64,000 bases of DNA from Camelus dromedarius (GCF_036321535.1 NC_087436.1:32118001-32182000), one strand, 5' to 3'; counted from the stretch's first letter, positions 13,801-27,326 are shown. A program made the numbers and translations. Notes: generated by a model from the sequence alone, not told the origin.

Positions 13801-14702
13801 CTAGAGGGAGATGAAAGCTAACATGATGCACATGCTACAAAACAAATCTGTCAAATCAGGTCTGCTGGTGGGAGAAAAAGCCCACACTATGTGCTTGGTA
13901 AATATTTGCAGAATCTCAGGTGGATGATTCACAAATATCAAGTGAGGAATTAATCTGCAAAAGACTCGTGGGTAATTTCATCTCATTTCTGGTAATATAA
14001 ATGCCCTTCTCTCTTTTAGCAAATATTTACCTACTCTGTGCCAAACCCTGATTTAGACATTAAAGATACAGTGGTGGAAAAGCCAAAGTCCGTGCCCTTA
14101 GCCACTCAAACACAAAGTCACAGTCCTTCTGATCATTTTTTCCAAGCCCCTCTATTATTCAGCATGCTATGTCCTTTCAGATGTCTCTTTCACCCCATTA
14201 TCCCCTTTATGTTTGCTTCTAGAGCCAGCACATTGAGCCCAGGCCTTCATCATCTAAACCAGTTTTTGAACTGATCTCCCAATCTTCTTTCAATCTAAAA
14301 TGTACATCCTAACCAGATTATAGTTTTGAAAATACTGATTTATTCGGATTAGTTCAATTCTCAAAATCTTCAGATGGCTCCACATAGCCTACCTTGAACT
14401 CCCAACTGTCATGTCTCAGGCTCTAAGTTCTGGCTCCATCTCTTCTGGCCAAATTCAATCAATAGGAATAGTATTCAGAAGCAATTTTAAACTGTATTAT
14501 ATTTTTGATCACATATCCTATAAGTTTGTACAAAGATAGATTAGTGAGACAAGAAATTCCTTCATTTATGTGGATTAAGTTCATGGAAAAGTTATTTTAA
14601 ATCAACATAAAGTAAATAGACTAATTTTCCCATAGAAAAAAATGTCATTACAAATATTTTCACTCCTAACTAAGAAGCTCATGCCCAATATTTTTATTGT
14701 AC

Positions 14703-14864
14703 GTAAAGATAGTGGGGAAAATGCTGTAAGTCAAAACAATGTCAGTAGGATTTTCTTTTCTGTGGAAACAGCTAGATTTCTAACCAAGCATCTACTAAGC
14801 ACCCCTTCCTTAGTGGAATCCACAATCACCATCTATTGTCAAGTATAAGTCACCTCCATGTGCA
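14703..14864 (-). pseudogene. Candidate pseudo-exon, 162 nt (phase 2 to 2)
   Basis: Strong acceptor tctttgtatttttcag; donor TAC|gtacaa; AHGGDLYLTIDGDCGFH*GRGA**MLG*KSSCFHRKENPTDIVLTYSIFPTIF. Confidence 0.5.
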
Positions 14865-14975
14865 CTGAAAAATACAAAGATTTCTAAGGTGTATGTAAGC
14901 AATCGAGGTAATACAACCATAAGAATGTATTTAATATGATATGTTATCAAAACTTATACAACTTTGTTTGCTTAC

Positions 14976-14999
14976 TTGATAACTTCCAATTTATTTTCA
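14976..14999 (-). pseudogene. Candidate micro-exon, 24 nt (phase 2 to 2)
   Basis: Acceptor ccttctactttactgcag; donor CAA|gtaagc; open ENKLEVI. Confidence 0.45.
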
Positions 15000-15230
15000 C
15001 TGCAGTAAAGTAGAAGGTGAGAGACACCTTCACCAAGGGCACAGAATTTAGGAGGCCTATCTTGGGTTAACTCTGAAACATCTTCGAGAAAGAGAGACTT
15101 AGGGCTACTGGTGACTTTTTTCAGTGAGACTGACACAGAGATATGTAAAGTGTTGGTGCCCCTTTTTTTTCTCTCAAGAAAAATTTTCTTGTAGCAAACT
15201 TAAAGCTTAACCATTAGAAATTAAATTAAA

Positions 15231-15606
15231 GGTCTTTGTGTCTTTGAAAACTTTCTTGAGCAGCAACAATACTAGCATAATCATTTTATAATAATTAAAG
15301 TAAGCCTCTTAATTTAATTTTTATCTTTTAACTCTCTTGCTGCTGCTTATTTCATAGTGTTACAAAGATTCAAGGTGTGGTAAGCAAAGCTAAACCCAAA
15401 GAACTCAGCACAAAGTTTTATTTGGACCAAGTGAAGCAAGTCTCACCACCTTGGTCACAAATGAGCTGCTAGTTTATAGTTACGGAAGGCAGCCAACCTT
15501 CAACATCTAATCAGTCATTAAGGTACAAATAGATTATGTACTCAGGTTAGTGGCTAATTTTTTTGAGAAACATATGAAACTGTTAAATACAAATGTTTTT
15601 GCTCCA
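15231..15606 (+). repeat. Copy A of a 376-bp local direct duplication (copy B at 19208-19583)
   Basis: Ungapped match to 19208-19583 with about 12 mismatches by eye. Confidence 0.95.
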
Positions 15607-15829
15607 TTGTGTATCAAAAACCCTTAAAATGTATGTGCCTGTTGATCAGTAATAGACTCAGCAATTTACCTTAGAATTTTTTCTAAGAAGATAAGCATCA
15701 AGTATGCAAAGATGTATTTATAAGAATGTCCATCACAAATTGTTTACAACAATGAAGAAAGGAAACAATTTAAGTATCCATTAATAAGGAAATAATTAGT
15801 AAATAAGGATACATCTAGGCAAAGCAAAA

Positions 15830-16325
15830 CTGTCTCAGACGGGGTTCCAGCCTGAAAACAGAGGCCAAAAGGGCTTGTGTTCAAGTAGTTTATTTTGGCA
15901 GGTGAACCTAGGGAATAGTAGTGAGGGGCCAGGAGGAACGGAACAAGGAGGAAGGAAAACCCAAGATAAAGGTACACTATCCAACCAGAAACGACAGGAA
16001 ACCTGAGCTCGATCTGACTGGGGGGCCTCCAAGGAGCCACGGAGACCACGCTTCTCTATAAGATAGAATCGGGAAGCAATCTCCAGCAGCTCTCATCCAC
16101 TTCTGGTAAAGGTTTTCGCATTAGGATTAACATCCTCACACTTCAAGTCTGCCCATGCTCAAGTGCTAAACGGGTCCCCGCAGGTGTCCCACGGGGAGTA
16201 TGAGAATTCCAGGGCAGAAGCAGCGCGGGTAAAGCAGGTACATGTAAGGTAACACTTGTGCAATGGTTGCAGTAAAACTGGGGCTGAGAGGATGTGAGGT
16301 GTGACAGCTAGAGGCATCTAACACA
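15830..16325. mobile_element. ERVL-class solo LTR (family uncertain)
   Basis: TG...CA bounded, GC-richer ~500-nt block containing CAAGTAGTTTATTTTGGCAGGTGA, typical of ancient ERVL LTRs. Confidence 0.55.
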
Positions 16326-16901
16326 AATGCCATGTGCCACAAGCGCGATGACGTTATTCTACTATCTAGTGACATGAAAGATGTCTATTGATAAGAGAAA
16401 AACAAAGTTATAGCAACTTACAAAATGCTATATATAGTATAATCCCATTCACTTTAGTTAGCTAGCTTTAGTTTCTACTAACAGAGCCTCTCAAGGTAGA
16501 TTTTAAAGGGAGGAGAGTGGTTTAGTGGAAGAATCAATGAAGCCATAAGGGAAACAGGGATCTCAGAAAAACCATGGTACAGATAGCCCTCAGGGGAAAG
16601 AAAGCCCCTGAACTTGAAGATAGCTCTGATACTGAGTACTCTCTTCACTTCGCTCTCTCACTCACAACCTAGTCCTGCTCTTCTCTCACTCTTGACTGGC
16701 TCCCTCATCCTATTCTTTGTACCTCTGAATCTCTGCTTCCTCATCTAAGGCATGGATTCTGCATCTTTACAGTCTTTATGTCTCAGTACAATTGCACTGG
16801 TTGTTTATAGGTGGCATTGGTAGATGAATACACTGTATCATTTGTTAAATATTTTCAGTATCAACTGTGTATACACATATGCACACACACATGCACATAT
16901 A

Positions 16902-16933
<32 letters not shown>

Positions 16934-17340
16934 TTATGCCTTTATGGAGGAGGAGAAGAGACATGGAAGAAAAAATCATCAGAGAGAAAAGAACCTGAAC
17001 CAGAGCCAGTGAAGGAAATTATAACCGTCACTGCACACAAAAATATACAGTTTATGTATACAGCAGCGATACACACAGAGAGGAATTTCCTTCAGCCCAA
17101 TGCCAGAAATAACACTTTCTTCTTTTAGTGTATACATAGAATGTGGTTAGTAAAAGGAAGAGAAAATATGAAGAAATTTGTTCTCCTCATCTCCAGAGAA
17201 TGTGTGTTTCCTGGAGAAAGTGAGGAGGAAACAGCCAATTAATATATCTTTCTACAATACATCAAAGCAGTCAGGTTCTCAGACTCTCATAATTAAAGCT
17301 ATGAGAGACAGGAAACGTAAAGCTGTCACAGAAGCCTCAC

Positions 17341-17420
17341 CTTTAAGAATTAGATGGTGTCCCAGGTTTCCCCGTAACAAATCTGATGGAAAAGACCTTT
17401 CTTGCTCATCTTTGCATATC
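17341..17420 (-). pseudogene. Candidate pseudo-exon, 80 nt (phase 0 to 2)
   Basis: Acceptor ctgtttactgtgtgctag; donor AAG|gtgagg; DMQR*ARKVFSIRFVTGKPGTPSNS*. Confidence 0.5.
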
Positions 17421-18840
17421 CTAGCACACAGTAAACAGTCAATATTAGTAAATATTCTATTAAAATTTCAAGTACTTTAATTAAATATTACTTATAGCTG
17501 GTATTTATTGCATTGGTCCCTATATTCATCATGAATCTCCTTAAAGGAACTACCTTCCCACCAAAGCAAGCCATGTGGTTTGAATGACTTGTAACCACTC
17601 TTAAATCTAGTGTAAGGGATGACTGAGCTAAATTAATCAGAAAATTCAATCCTCTTACACAAAGTGATTGATTCCAGGATGAGCACATGACCCACTTCAG
17701 GCATTGAGAACCAGACCTACGGTTTCTGATCATCTGCTGAGCATGAGAGGTCTTCTCCCCAACAGACTTAAAGTCTTGGCAATGTGAAATCTTTTGAGGG
17801 GACAGCCTTCTTCCAACCATGAGGGGAGATTCCATCTAAGAAAGAGGTCTATGTGCAGAAGAAAGATAAGATAAGGTAAGACCCAGCCCTGGAGATATTT
17901 TCTGGAGCACCTTTATCAAGCAACAGTTAAGCCAGTCACCCCACTGCACTTGCCACTTACAAAAGACAATAAATTCCCTCTTTGATTAAATTCATTTAGG
18001 TTAAGGTTCATTTAGGTTGAGCTTTCTTCACTTTCAACCAAAAGAAACTTAACTGACACACTGCTTATAACATATAGATGCTGATTTGCTTCTATGATTT
18101 CTTCCAGGAATATATATAGCACAGACCCAGTCAGAAATAAGACTTGCCAACAAAGTATTCTGTAAGGGGACCTTTTTTACCTGGTTTTGAACATGCTGGA
18201 CTTCTAAATCTTGAGTTTAATTGATTAAATCGGATCCTTACAGCGTAGATATTTATTTATAAAAAGGCCTTATTTATAAAAAAGACCTCTGAAACTGTAA
18301 TTTCAGAACTTTATAAAGACAGACTTGTTGAGAATGATAATTTAGCTTTTGGAATGAGACTTATAAACAAAAACAAGAACTCTAAAAAATATTAACTAAA
18401 TTTGGCTACCAAAACAGTCTCTATTTTTGTCTGGATTTCTCTTTTCCTTTCATTGTCCAAGCCAATTTTCTACCTACTTCATATTAGGTATGGGGTAGCA
18501 CATTACTTCTCAATATCAGGGCCCTTATTCATATCCATTATTTGCAATCCCTATCTACAGTGCCTCTAAATTCACTTTAAAATACCAAGTCCTTATTAAT
18601 AGCACTCTTAAAGAGGTCTCACCAGGCCTTCCCAGTACTTCAAACAATTTTTAGCTCTATGGTTCTTCCCAATTTAAAAACAAAATGAATTTCACAAACA
18701 GAATTGAAATGTCAAATTTTACTACCATCTGGATTTAAAGACTGCAAAAAAAAAAAAAAAAAAAAAAACTAGGTTTGAGTTGTTTTATTTTTGTAGCCCA
18801 AGTGAATGTATTACAGTAGATTTGTTTTCAGACCATTTAC

Positions 18841-18920
18841 CTCACTATCCTGCATTTCACTCCAGGGGAATAAGGTATTCAAGTGAAAAAGAGACCACCC
18901 AGAAAATTCTAAGAGAGAGC
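18841..18920 (-). pseudogene. Candidate pseudo-exon, 80 nt (phase 1 to 0)
   Basis: Acceptor aattttatag; donor GAG|gtaaat. The chain-imposed frame is the only stop-free one of the three: RSLLEFSGWSLFHLNTLFPWSEMQDSE. Confidence 0.6.
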
Positions 18921-19207
18921 CTATAAAATTCAGTAGTTGCATTTGATATAATGGAAGAAAAATCTTCCAACTCCTCTTCATCATCGTCATGAGGATAAAC
19001 CCGATCTGCTCACTGCACTGAATTTAGAACCGTGAATGTGAGTTAACAACTTGGCTCTGCTCCTCTAGGGGCTTACAATCTGATATAAGTACAGACATAA
19101 AGGATATACGGACAACTTAACAAAGGCTTTATGATCCATCCATTTAAAGTACAATGCAGCTCCACTGCCTCCAGAGAAGGAGAGAGAATGGCACCTGAGA
19201 TACTCAC

Positions 19208-19248
19208 GGTCTTTGTGTCTTTGAAAACTTTCTTGAGCAGCAACATCA
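19208..19248 (-). pseudogene. Candidate pseudo-exon, 41 nt (phase 2 to 1)
   Basis: Acceptor gattgtgctag; donor ACC|gtgagt; open SDVAAQESFQRHKD. Confidence 0.55.
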
Positions 19249-19583
19249 CTAGCACAATCATTTTATAATAATTAAAGTAAGCCTCTTAATTTAATTTTTA
19301 TCTTTTAACTCTCTTGCTGCTGCTTATTTCATAGTGTTACAAAGATTCAAGGTGTGGTAAGCAAAGCTAAACCCAAAGAACTCAGCACTAAGTTTTATTT
19401 GGACCAAATGAAGCAAGTCTCGCCACCTTGGTCACAACTGACCTGCTAGCTTATAGCTACGGAAGGCAGCCAACCTTCAACATCCAATCAGTCATTTAGG
19501 TACAAATAGATTATGTACTCAGGTTAGTGGCTAATTTTTTTGAGAAACATATGAAACTGTTAAATACAAATGTTTTTGCTCCA
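19208..19583 (+). repeat. Copy B of the 376-bp local direct duplication
   Basis: GGTCTTTGTGTCTTTGAAAAC...AAATGTTTTTGCTCCA shared with 15231-15606. Confidence 0.95.
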
Positions 19584-19797
19584 GTGTGCGGGGTAGATGT
19601 GACAATGGCGGAGAGGCAAGGTGAGAGAGATGAGTTTAAGTCTCCTGGTTTGGGTAGCAAAGATGTCACCTGAGGGAAGAGTCCAGGACTGTGACACATG
19701 CAAAAGGCAGCTGAGTAATCCCTTACACTAGAAGACCCCCTACAGAGCACATCATTTGATTCTCTCAAGAACCCCAGTGAGAAGCAGGTCAAGGACT

Positions 19798-20374
19798 TGT
19801 GGACAAAGAATGTCACTTGCCATTTCAGTAAACAATGGATGTTGCAGCCACCAAGCCTTCAGCCACTGTAGTCACTCCCAACAGTACACCCTGAGGGGAA
19901 CTCAGGACTGAGATAAATAGGCTGCCTGCCATCAAGCCATTAGCCACTGCAGCACCCCCACCACCACCACCACAGTACACCCTGAGGGGATTCAGGATGG
20001 AGAAAAATAGGATATTGGCCTGAGTTAAAGTATATATCAAGGAATAATTTCCTTAACCCAGACTCTTGCATCTTCCCATACACAGAAAAGTACTAAATTC
20101 ATTAACTTGAGATGTCTGGTTTTTCTTTAATTAGCAGTAATCTTTTGATGTTCTATGACCTGGGTTGTTTTTGTTGTTGCTGTCATTGTTTTGGGGGGTT
20201 TTTTTGTTTGTTTTTTGCAAAAACTACTGTATACCCTGGCTCCTCCCTTACCTCTTTGGAACAGTCCCTGAGAGCTATATGAAAGTCTGTATCCCGGACT
20301 TAAGTCCTCATAATTCTATCAAATAAAACATAACTTGCAACTTATAGGTTATTTTTTTTTTTTAACAGTTGACA
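19798..20374 (+). mobile_element. ERV1-class solo LTR with an internal tandem duplication
   Basis: TG...CA termini; 4-bp TSD GACT (19794-19797, 20375-20378); AATAAA at ~20322; two copies of the AGCCACTG...CAGTACACCCTGAGGGGA.TCAGGA unit. Confidence 0.85.
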
Positions 20375-20711
20375 GACTAATACCAAATTTTAGAGACATA
20401 GAAACTAAGACCCTGAGAGATTAGGCCGTTTCGGCTTAGACAACTTGTGAAAGCAAAGCCAGGACCTACACCAAAAAATGCTACATTGATTTTTGGCCAA
20501 TATTCCCTAAATGGAAACCCAACTCAAAACGGTTCGGTTTCTCCCCTATTGCAGCACTTCTTATAGACTCATTCATTCAGTACCAAAAAATAATCCTGCT
20601 ATGTTCCAAACACTGTGCTAGATGCTGGCGATACACTAGTGAACAAGATGGACAAGGTCCCTACCCGCATTGAGATTACAGCTAGCAGGGAATATAGATT
20701 TGTTTAATCTG

Positions 20712-21690
20712 CATTTTTATTGTAGTAAAATACAAAATTTACCATTTTAACCATTTTTAGGTGTATAGCTCAGTGAAGTACATTCAGGTTGTTGTGCAAC
20801 CATCACCACTATTCATTTCCATAAATTTTTCACTTTTCCAAACTCAAACTCTGTACTCATTAAAAAATGACTCCCCATTCCCCTTTCCCCCTAGGCCCTG
20901 GCAACCACCACTCTATCTCTATTAATTTGATTACTCAAGATACTTCATATAAATAGAATCATACAATATTTCTCCTTTTATGTCTGGTTCATTTCACTTA
21001 GTCTTCAAGGTTCAGCATGTGTCAGAATTTCTTTCCTTTTTAAGGCTGAATAATATTCCATTGTGTCTATATATATATATACCACATTTGTTTATCTGTC
21101 ATGTTCATCTGTCAATGGACATTTGGATTGTTTCCACCTTTTGGCTCTTTTGAACCATGCCAGAAGGAAGACTGGTATATTAATATCTGTTCAAGTCCTT
21201 GCTTTCAATTCTTTCCAGAAGTAGAACTGTTGGATCATATAGTAAATCCATTTTTAATTTTTTAGAAACAACCATATTGTTTTTCACAGAAGTTCTAACA
21301 TTTTACATTCCTACCAGTAATGCACAAGGGTTCCAATTTCTCTACATCCTCACCAATGCTTGTATTTTTTTTTCCATAATAGCCATCCTAACAGGTATGA
21401 AATCGTATCTCATTATGGTTTTGATTTGCATTTCCCTAATGGTTAATGACGTTGAGTATCTTTTCACGTGCTTACTATCCGCATATCTTCTTTGAAGAAA
21501 TATCTATCCAAGTTCTTTGCTTATTTTCAAATTGAGTTGTTTCTTTTGTTCTTATTGAAGTGTAGAAATTCTTTCCATATTCTAGATATTAATCCTTATT
21601 AGATAAATGATTTGCAAATATTTCCTCCCTTTCCATGGGTTGTCTTTGCACTCTGCTGATGTTCCTTTGATGGAACACAGATTTAAACAA
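20712..21690 (-). mobile_element. Old L1 (L1MB-like) 3' fragment
   Basis: TTGTGCAACCATCACCACT, TAAGGCTGAATAATATTCCATTG and GGTTTTGATTTGCATTTCCCTAATG are reverse-complement L1 motifs. Confidence 0.88.
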
Positions 21691-21779
21691 ATTACAAACT
21701 GTGAAAGTAAAGATACGGGGATAAATAACAAGAAACCTCACCCAAATTGGGAGGTTGAAGGCCTTTCCCCACCCTCCGC

Positions 21780-24700
21780 CATTCATTCACTCAGTATTCC
21801 CTTCTCTAAGCACTAGGGATGCAACACTGAACAAAACAGACAAATTCCTGGGCCCCATGGAGCTCTCATTTTAAGGACATTTAGGAAGTAACATCTTAGT
21901 TGAAAGATGAATAAAAGGAAGTTTGTTGGCAAAGAGGAGGAGGAGGATAAGAGAGAATGGAAGGAGCTCTCTGAGGACAAGAAACAGTCTGTCTGAAGGC
22001 ACAGATAAAAGTGAAAAGGAAAGGTGGTATGTTTAGAGAATGAAATAATGTCTACCAAGACTTGAACAGAAAAAACAGCAAAAAAGGTAAACTAAAGTGG
22101 GCAGGGCCCAGATTACAGAGAGGTGTACACTGTGCTAGGACTATAGTTGTTATCCTAAAGCACTGGAAAGCCAGTAAGTCTTCTGTTATGTCACAGAAGA
22201 GTGACATAAACAGACTTATGTTTATGAAAGACTATCTCACTCAAGAGAAGAAAATGAACAGAAGGGAGGGAGTCAAGGCCTGGAGGGAAAGATCAATTGA
22301 GAGTATATCGTAACAGTGGAGCTTGGATCAGAAGAGGAGGCTGTACTATAAGAACACTAAATAGAATTGACAAAAAACTCTATTTTAACTAAAGGAAGAA
22401 ATTTATCTTCTCATAAAACAGGAAAGTCCAAGGAGTAGGCTTAGATGCATCTGGACCCAGGGATTCACATGAAATCAACAGATCCTCCTCTCTACAACAC
22501 AAATCTATGTTGGAAATATATCACTTATAGCTGCTCACAACCATTCTTATATTTTTATAGTTTTCCACATTGTGAACCCTGACTTCCAAAAGTAGAATAT
22601 AAAAAATTACATTTATCAGACTACTTTGCAGCTAGAATAAAAGCATATAATCTAGGCTTTGTCAAACAGATATAACCACACAAGACTTGAATGTAGATAG
22701 GAGCAACAAGCAGTGTTTGCCTTGCACCAGGTGACTGGTTTTCTGATAATAACAGTGGTCAAGTTGTCTTATTCTTCTGGGGCATCAGTGGCACAGATTT
22801 TGGCATCAGCTTCTGAACTGGGAGCATGTCAAGTAGCAATAGGTAGTAGGAATGGTGTTTCTCCTAGAACAATTTTTCAGTGAGGTTAGTCATTCATTGT
22901 TCTCAGCTCTGCTGTTCCTGGTTGCAAAGTACATGACAATGAAATATCAAGCCTGTTTTCCAGTAATCCTGGAAATTCCTCAAGGTATCTAATATCTTTT
23001 AATAAACCCGTTTTTGTTTAATTTAGCTGGACCACCTGGAATTGATTCTGCCATTCGCAACCAAGAATGCTGACTATTATACCACTCACTTCTTCTTGGC
23101 TACTTTTGTGTGTTGGCCTCGTTCTCCTTTCTTGTTGACTTTCTCCACATGGCAGAAGAACCACTAGCAGCCATTAATTGGCATTTCCCAGCTCTATGAC
23201 CTAAAAAATCAAGTTCCCTTTCACTTCAGTGCCAAATAAAAAAGCGAGGAGAACAGTAACAGCAGCCATTAATATAGCACTTACTAAGAACAGACACCAT
23301 TCAAGATGTTCCACACATATTAATTCATTCATTCCTTACAATGTCTCTAGGAACCAAGTACTGTGATTTTTCCTTCATTTTTCAAAGAGGGAGATGATGT
23401 AGTAAATTTCCCAAAGTCATACAGCTAGAAAGTGACAGAATCAGAATTTGAACCCAAGCAACCTGACTCCAGAGTCTACACTCCCAGTGCTGGGGAATTC
23501 CACCACAGAGGTTGAGGAAAGAATAAAAAACAGCAAAAGTCCAAAAAGATCAATGAATCCGGTAGAAGGAAAATAAGAGAAAATCTGGAGAAAAATGTGA
23601 TGGCTTATCAAAGAAAGAGTTTCCAGAAGGAAAGAGAAATATTTACCTGCTCAATCAGCAATCAGCAGTTACCCTTCAAAATATGTCAAATATTCTTCAA
23701 GCATGACTTATCAAGAGATCACTGAGAAATTTCAAAATGGAAAGCTACATCTATGAAGGAATCAAAATGAATTGCCAATAGGATTTCATTACCTATTTAC
23801 AGTCATCACTTCAGAATTATTCACTACCATGTTTCATTTGTGAAGCAAACAATAAGCATCATTAAATATGAAAAGAAGATGAAGAAAGAGGAGGAGGAAA
23901 GAAAAGAAGTCTACCGTGTCAGATGCTAGAGAGAGGCTAAATAGGATTGGGATAGAAAATTGACCATTAGATTGATAGTTGGAGATTAGATGTTATTAAT
24001 AAGACCAATTTCAGCAGAGTGGGGGTACAAAAAGTACACATGGAATGGGCTTACAAAAAGAAAAATGGGAAGTGAGAAAGTAGAGAGAGGAAATATAAAC
24101 AAATAGCTTAAGGATTGTATAAAGAGAGAGAAAGAAATGGAACATACAAGGAGGATATAGGACCAAGGGAGGCTTATTTTTAAAGATGATCCATAATAAT
24201 ACATCTTTGTATTGTGTTAGGAATAATTAAATGATGAAATGAAAAACAAGAATGTGGAAGAATATAACTCCAGTATCAAGATCCTTAAGTAAACGTAGGA
24301 TGTGATCCAAGATACCAACGGAGGGGCTGGATGTTAAGAGGGGAAACACCATTTCCAATGTAACAGAAGGAGAAGTAAAATATGTAGAGGGTACAGATGT
24401 AGGTAGGTTGGTGGTTTTAGGGATAGGAAGATGGGATAGTTCTTAGTTAAGTGTATTTAATTGGTTAAGAATATAAATGGGATGAAAGTATGGAGGTTTG
24501 AGAAGAGAAGTTGTCCTAGAATGTAATAGAGCAAATGTGTCAGGGAAGTATAATAGCATTGTCCAGCATTGTCCAGCTGCATTGGATACCATTTGGGATT
24601 TAGGCTGGATAACTTTAGGCAAATCGAATCAGCATAGTTGTATAAACTTTCTCTACAAACATCATTGCTGAAATGTTTCACAAAGTTGGGTTTTTTCAAA

Positions 24701-25720
24701 TGAGTTCTATGAAATGAGACAGGGACAATGTAGTTCAACTTTTCTACTAAAAATGTGACTAAAGTGCCAGAACACGGAAACTAGCTGAGTAGGAAGGTAA
24801 ATGACAATGTGAAGGTAAAGGAAAGTTAAAAAACAAACAAACAAACAAACAAACAAAAACAGTAGGGTCAATGGAGTGAATGTCCCAAGGGGTCAAAGAA
24901 TAGTTCCAAGGAAATCAGTAGAAGTGAGATTGAGACTCAGAAGGTGGTGATCAGATAGTGGGACAATACTTGCCTTCCAGAGATTTTGAAGAAGTTATTG
25001 GTAATGACTACCAGTAATGTCTATGGTGTGACCATGGGAGTGGCAATAGCTGGCTAGAGTGGGGTGGAAGAGATTATAGGAGTTGAGAAGTTCAAGAAAC
25101 TGAAAGATCAGGATGTTGAATGGATCAACTACACTGATAAGAAAACTGATGAGATTGTAGGAACAATGAAGGAAACAAAGACACCAGATGATAAATTCAC
25201 TGAAGAGGGATGCAAGACAGCGAAGAGATTCTGGAAGATGATTCAGGAGAGTTATTAGGTGGTAAAGTCTGAAGACATGAGCTCAACAAATCTGGGGTTT
25301 TCAAAGTCCAAAGAAGGACAGATGGTTTGGAAGGATCAATAGAAAACAAGACACATACTCTACCTACAAGTTCTGAGGCAAATAATGGGGAAAAGCAAAG
25401 GCATCTTCCACTTGAGAGGGACAGCCAGGTTTCAGTTAGAGGAAGAAGGAGAAACAAATGTTCAGAGAAGAATCTGGGACATAGGAGAGTTCACTGATGG
25501 CAAACCAGAAATTCCAGTGAGTACAATGGAGGAATGTGAAAATGATGGGGAAGCACAGGTGATGGAGTCAGATTAGGGAGGTAGAAACCAGTGTCAAGAT
25601 AAGCAACATGTGATGATGATCTGGGAGGTTGTTGCCTGAGGTAACTGGGATATGGGGTTTGTTGGGAGTAGTCCTGACAAGCTAGAGGAAGGTGAGTAAC
25701 CAGTGTCATCCAGAGTATTC
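21780..25720 (-). mobile_element. Cluster of L2 fragments interrupted by LTR and MIR pieces and a non-repeat island
   Basis: ATTCATTCA start and long purine-rich L2-antisense text (GTGTCAGATGCTAGAGAGAGG, GACCATTAGATT); boundaries approximate. Confidence 0.65.
23647..23750 (-). pseudogene. Candidate pseudo-exon, 104 nt (phase 0 to 2)
   Basis: Acceptor tcattttgattccttcatag; donor CAG|gtaaat; M*LSILKFLSDLLISHA*RIFDIF*RVTADC*LS (three TGA stops, compatible with CGA decay). Non-repeat island between L2 pieces. Confidence 0.55.
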
Positions 25721-26127
25721 AACTGGGAGATATAGGGTCATTGTTTAGTCCTGTGTCTCATCAGGGATATCTGGGCCTACAGAATAGAAGATGGTCCCTT
25801 AGGGAACAGGTCACTTTAGGCAAGAGGCTGTTCAATTAGCAGCGCAGGCTGGGGGAAGAGCTGTTTCACTGGAAGTACTAATTGCTGTTGAGACCTCCAA
25901 ACCCTGGTCTCTCCCTTCATTGTGTTGTCACAACCTGAGCACCAGTGGGCTGCTGGTTGCTCCCCCAGATGGGAGGTGCAGATGGAAGGGCCACAGTCTA
26001 TCTCAGGGCAGAAAGTTTTATGGCAACTGGAAAATGAGGCCAGGTGAGGAGTTGGAGCCACTAGTTTCTCTTCTCTTGGAGAGGTAAAGGAGATTATAAC
26101 GGTTTTCTTGTCACCAGGAATTCTAAC

Positions 26128-26337
26128 CTTTAACCAACAAGTTTCCTTTGCTCCATTTTGTCCCATTACTTTGAATTATGCTTTTTGGACATCAGAAAAG
26201 TTCTGTTCTTCCTTGACCATTATTTCAACAAATGATACAAAATAGGTATAACTGAACTGCCTTCATGCAACATTTCAAACAAACTCCAATGATATTTGAA
26301 ACTTCAGATAACTACTGCTCTTTTATCACTTTTGTTC
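26128..26337 (-). pseudogene. Candidate pseudo-exon, 210 nt (phase 0 to 0)
   Basis: Acceptor ttcgttttgttttgatgggatag; donor AAG|gttaga; EQK**KSSSYLKFQISLEFV*NVA*RQFSYTYFVSFVEIMVKEEQNFSDVQKA*FKVMGQNGAKETCWLK. Confidence 0.55.
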
Positions 26338-26382
26338 CTATCCCATCAAAACAAAACGAAATATAGGTAGACAAAGATACAT

Positions 26383-26383
<1 letters not shown>

Positions 26384-26476
<93 letters not shown>

Positions 26477-26492
26477 TAGATTGATTAGATAG
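26384..26492 (+). repeat. (GATA)n microsatellite
   Basis: About 25 near-perfect GATA units. Confidence 0.97.
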
Positions 26493-27050
26493 AAAGAAAG
26501 GATAGGGAGAGTTAAAGATGAATAGATAGATGGATGATAGATAATAGATGAATGAGAAAAGGGAAGGAAGGAGAAAGGAAAGGAAGAGAACAGAAAGCAG
26601 GAGAGAAAAGAAAAGGAGAGGAGAAGAAAGGTGGGGAGAAGAGATAAGTAAGATTTGGGTAACCCTTTGAGGGGGTAAAAAAAAATGTCTAGATTTTTTG
26701 GACTAATTCAATGCTATAATCTTGTGAAAAGGATAATCTTATTTAGAAATCTAATTAGCTAAATAAAAGCTAATTTCCTAATTCCTCAACTTCTACATCC
26801 AAAAAATTATTACAGCTTCCAGACTAATGTAGCTTTGAAGTAGGAAAGGCCTAAAGGAAGAGTTAGAAGGCCACTCTGGAATTGCCATCTTAACCTCTGA
26901 ATCAGAACTGACCTTAAAATCCCTGGACTAAAGGAATCAGTTCAAAGGCAAAGCCAGAGAGATCTAGTCCCAAGATCTGCTATAAATAGAACATGAACCT
27001 TGCTCTTGCCAGGAAGACAAGTTTCTTAAATCAGGGTTAATCTCACCATT

Positions 27051-27326
27051 TATTTATATATATATAATATATATATTATATATATATATTTTATTATTGA
27101 AGCATAGTCAGTTTACAACACTGTATCAATTTCTGGTGTAGAGCATAATGCTTCAATCATACATGAACATACATATGTTCATTTTCATATTCGTTTTCAC
27201 CATAAGTTACTATAAGATATTGAATATAATTTCCTATGCTATACAGTATGAACTTGTTTATCTGTTTTATATATATTAGTTAGTATCCACAAATCTTGAA
27301 CTCCAAATTTATCCCTTCCCACCCTC
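27051..27326 (-). mobile_element. Short 5'-truncated L1 3' end
   Basis: Same 3' UTR as 12272-13137; degenerate TSD TTAATCTCACCATT (27037-27050) / TTAATCTCTCTATT (27327-27340). Confidence 0.85.

Noticed and set aside
26384..26492. Regular short repeats as a CRISPR-like array
   Set aside because: Simple GATA microsatellite without spacers, in eukaryotic DNA.
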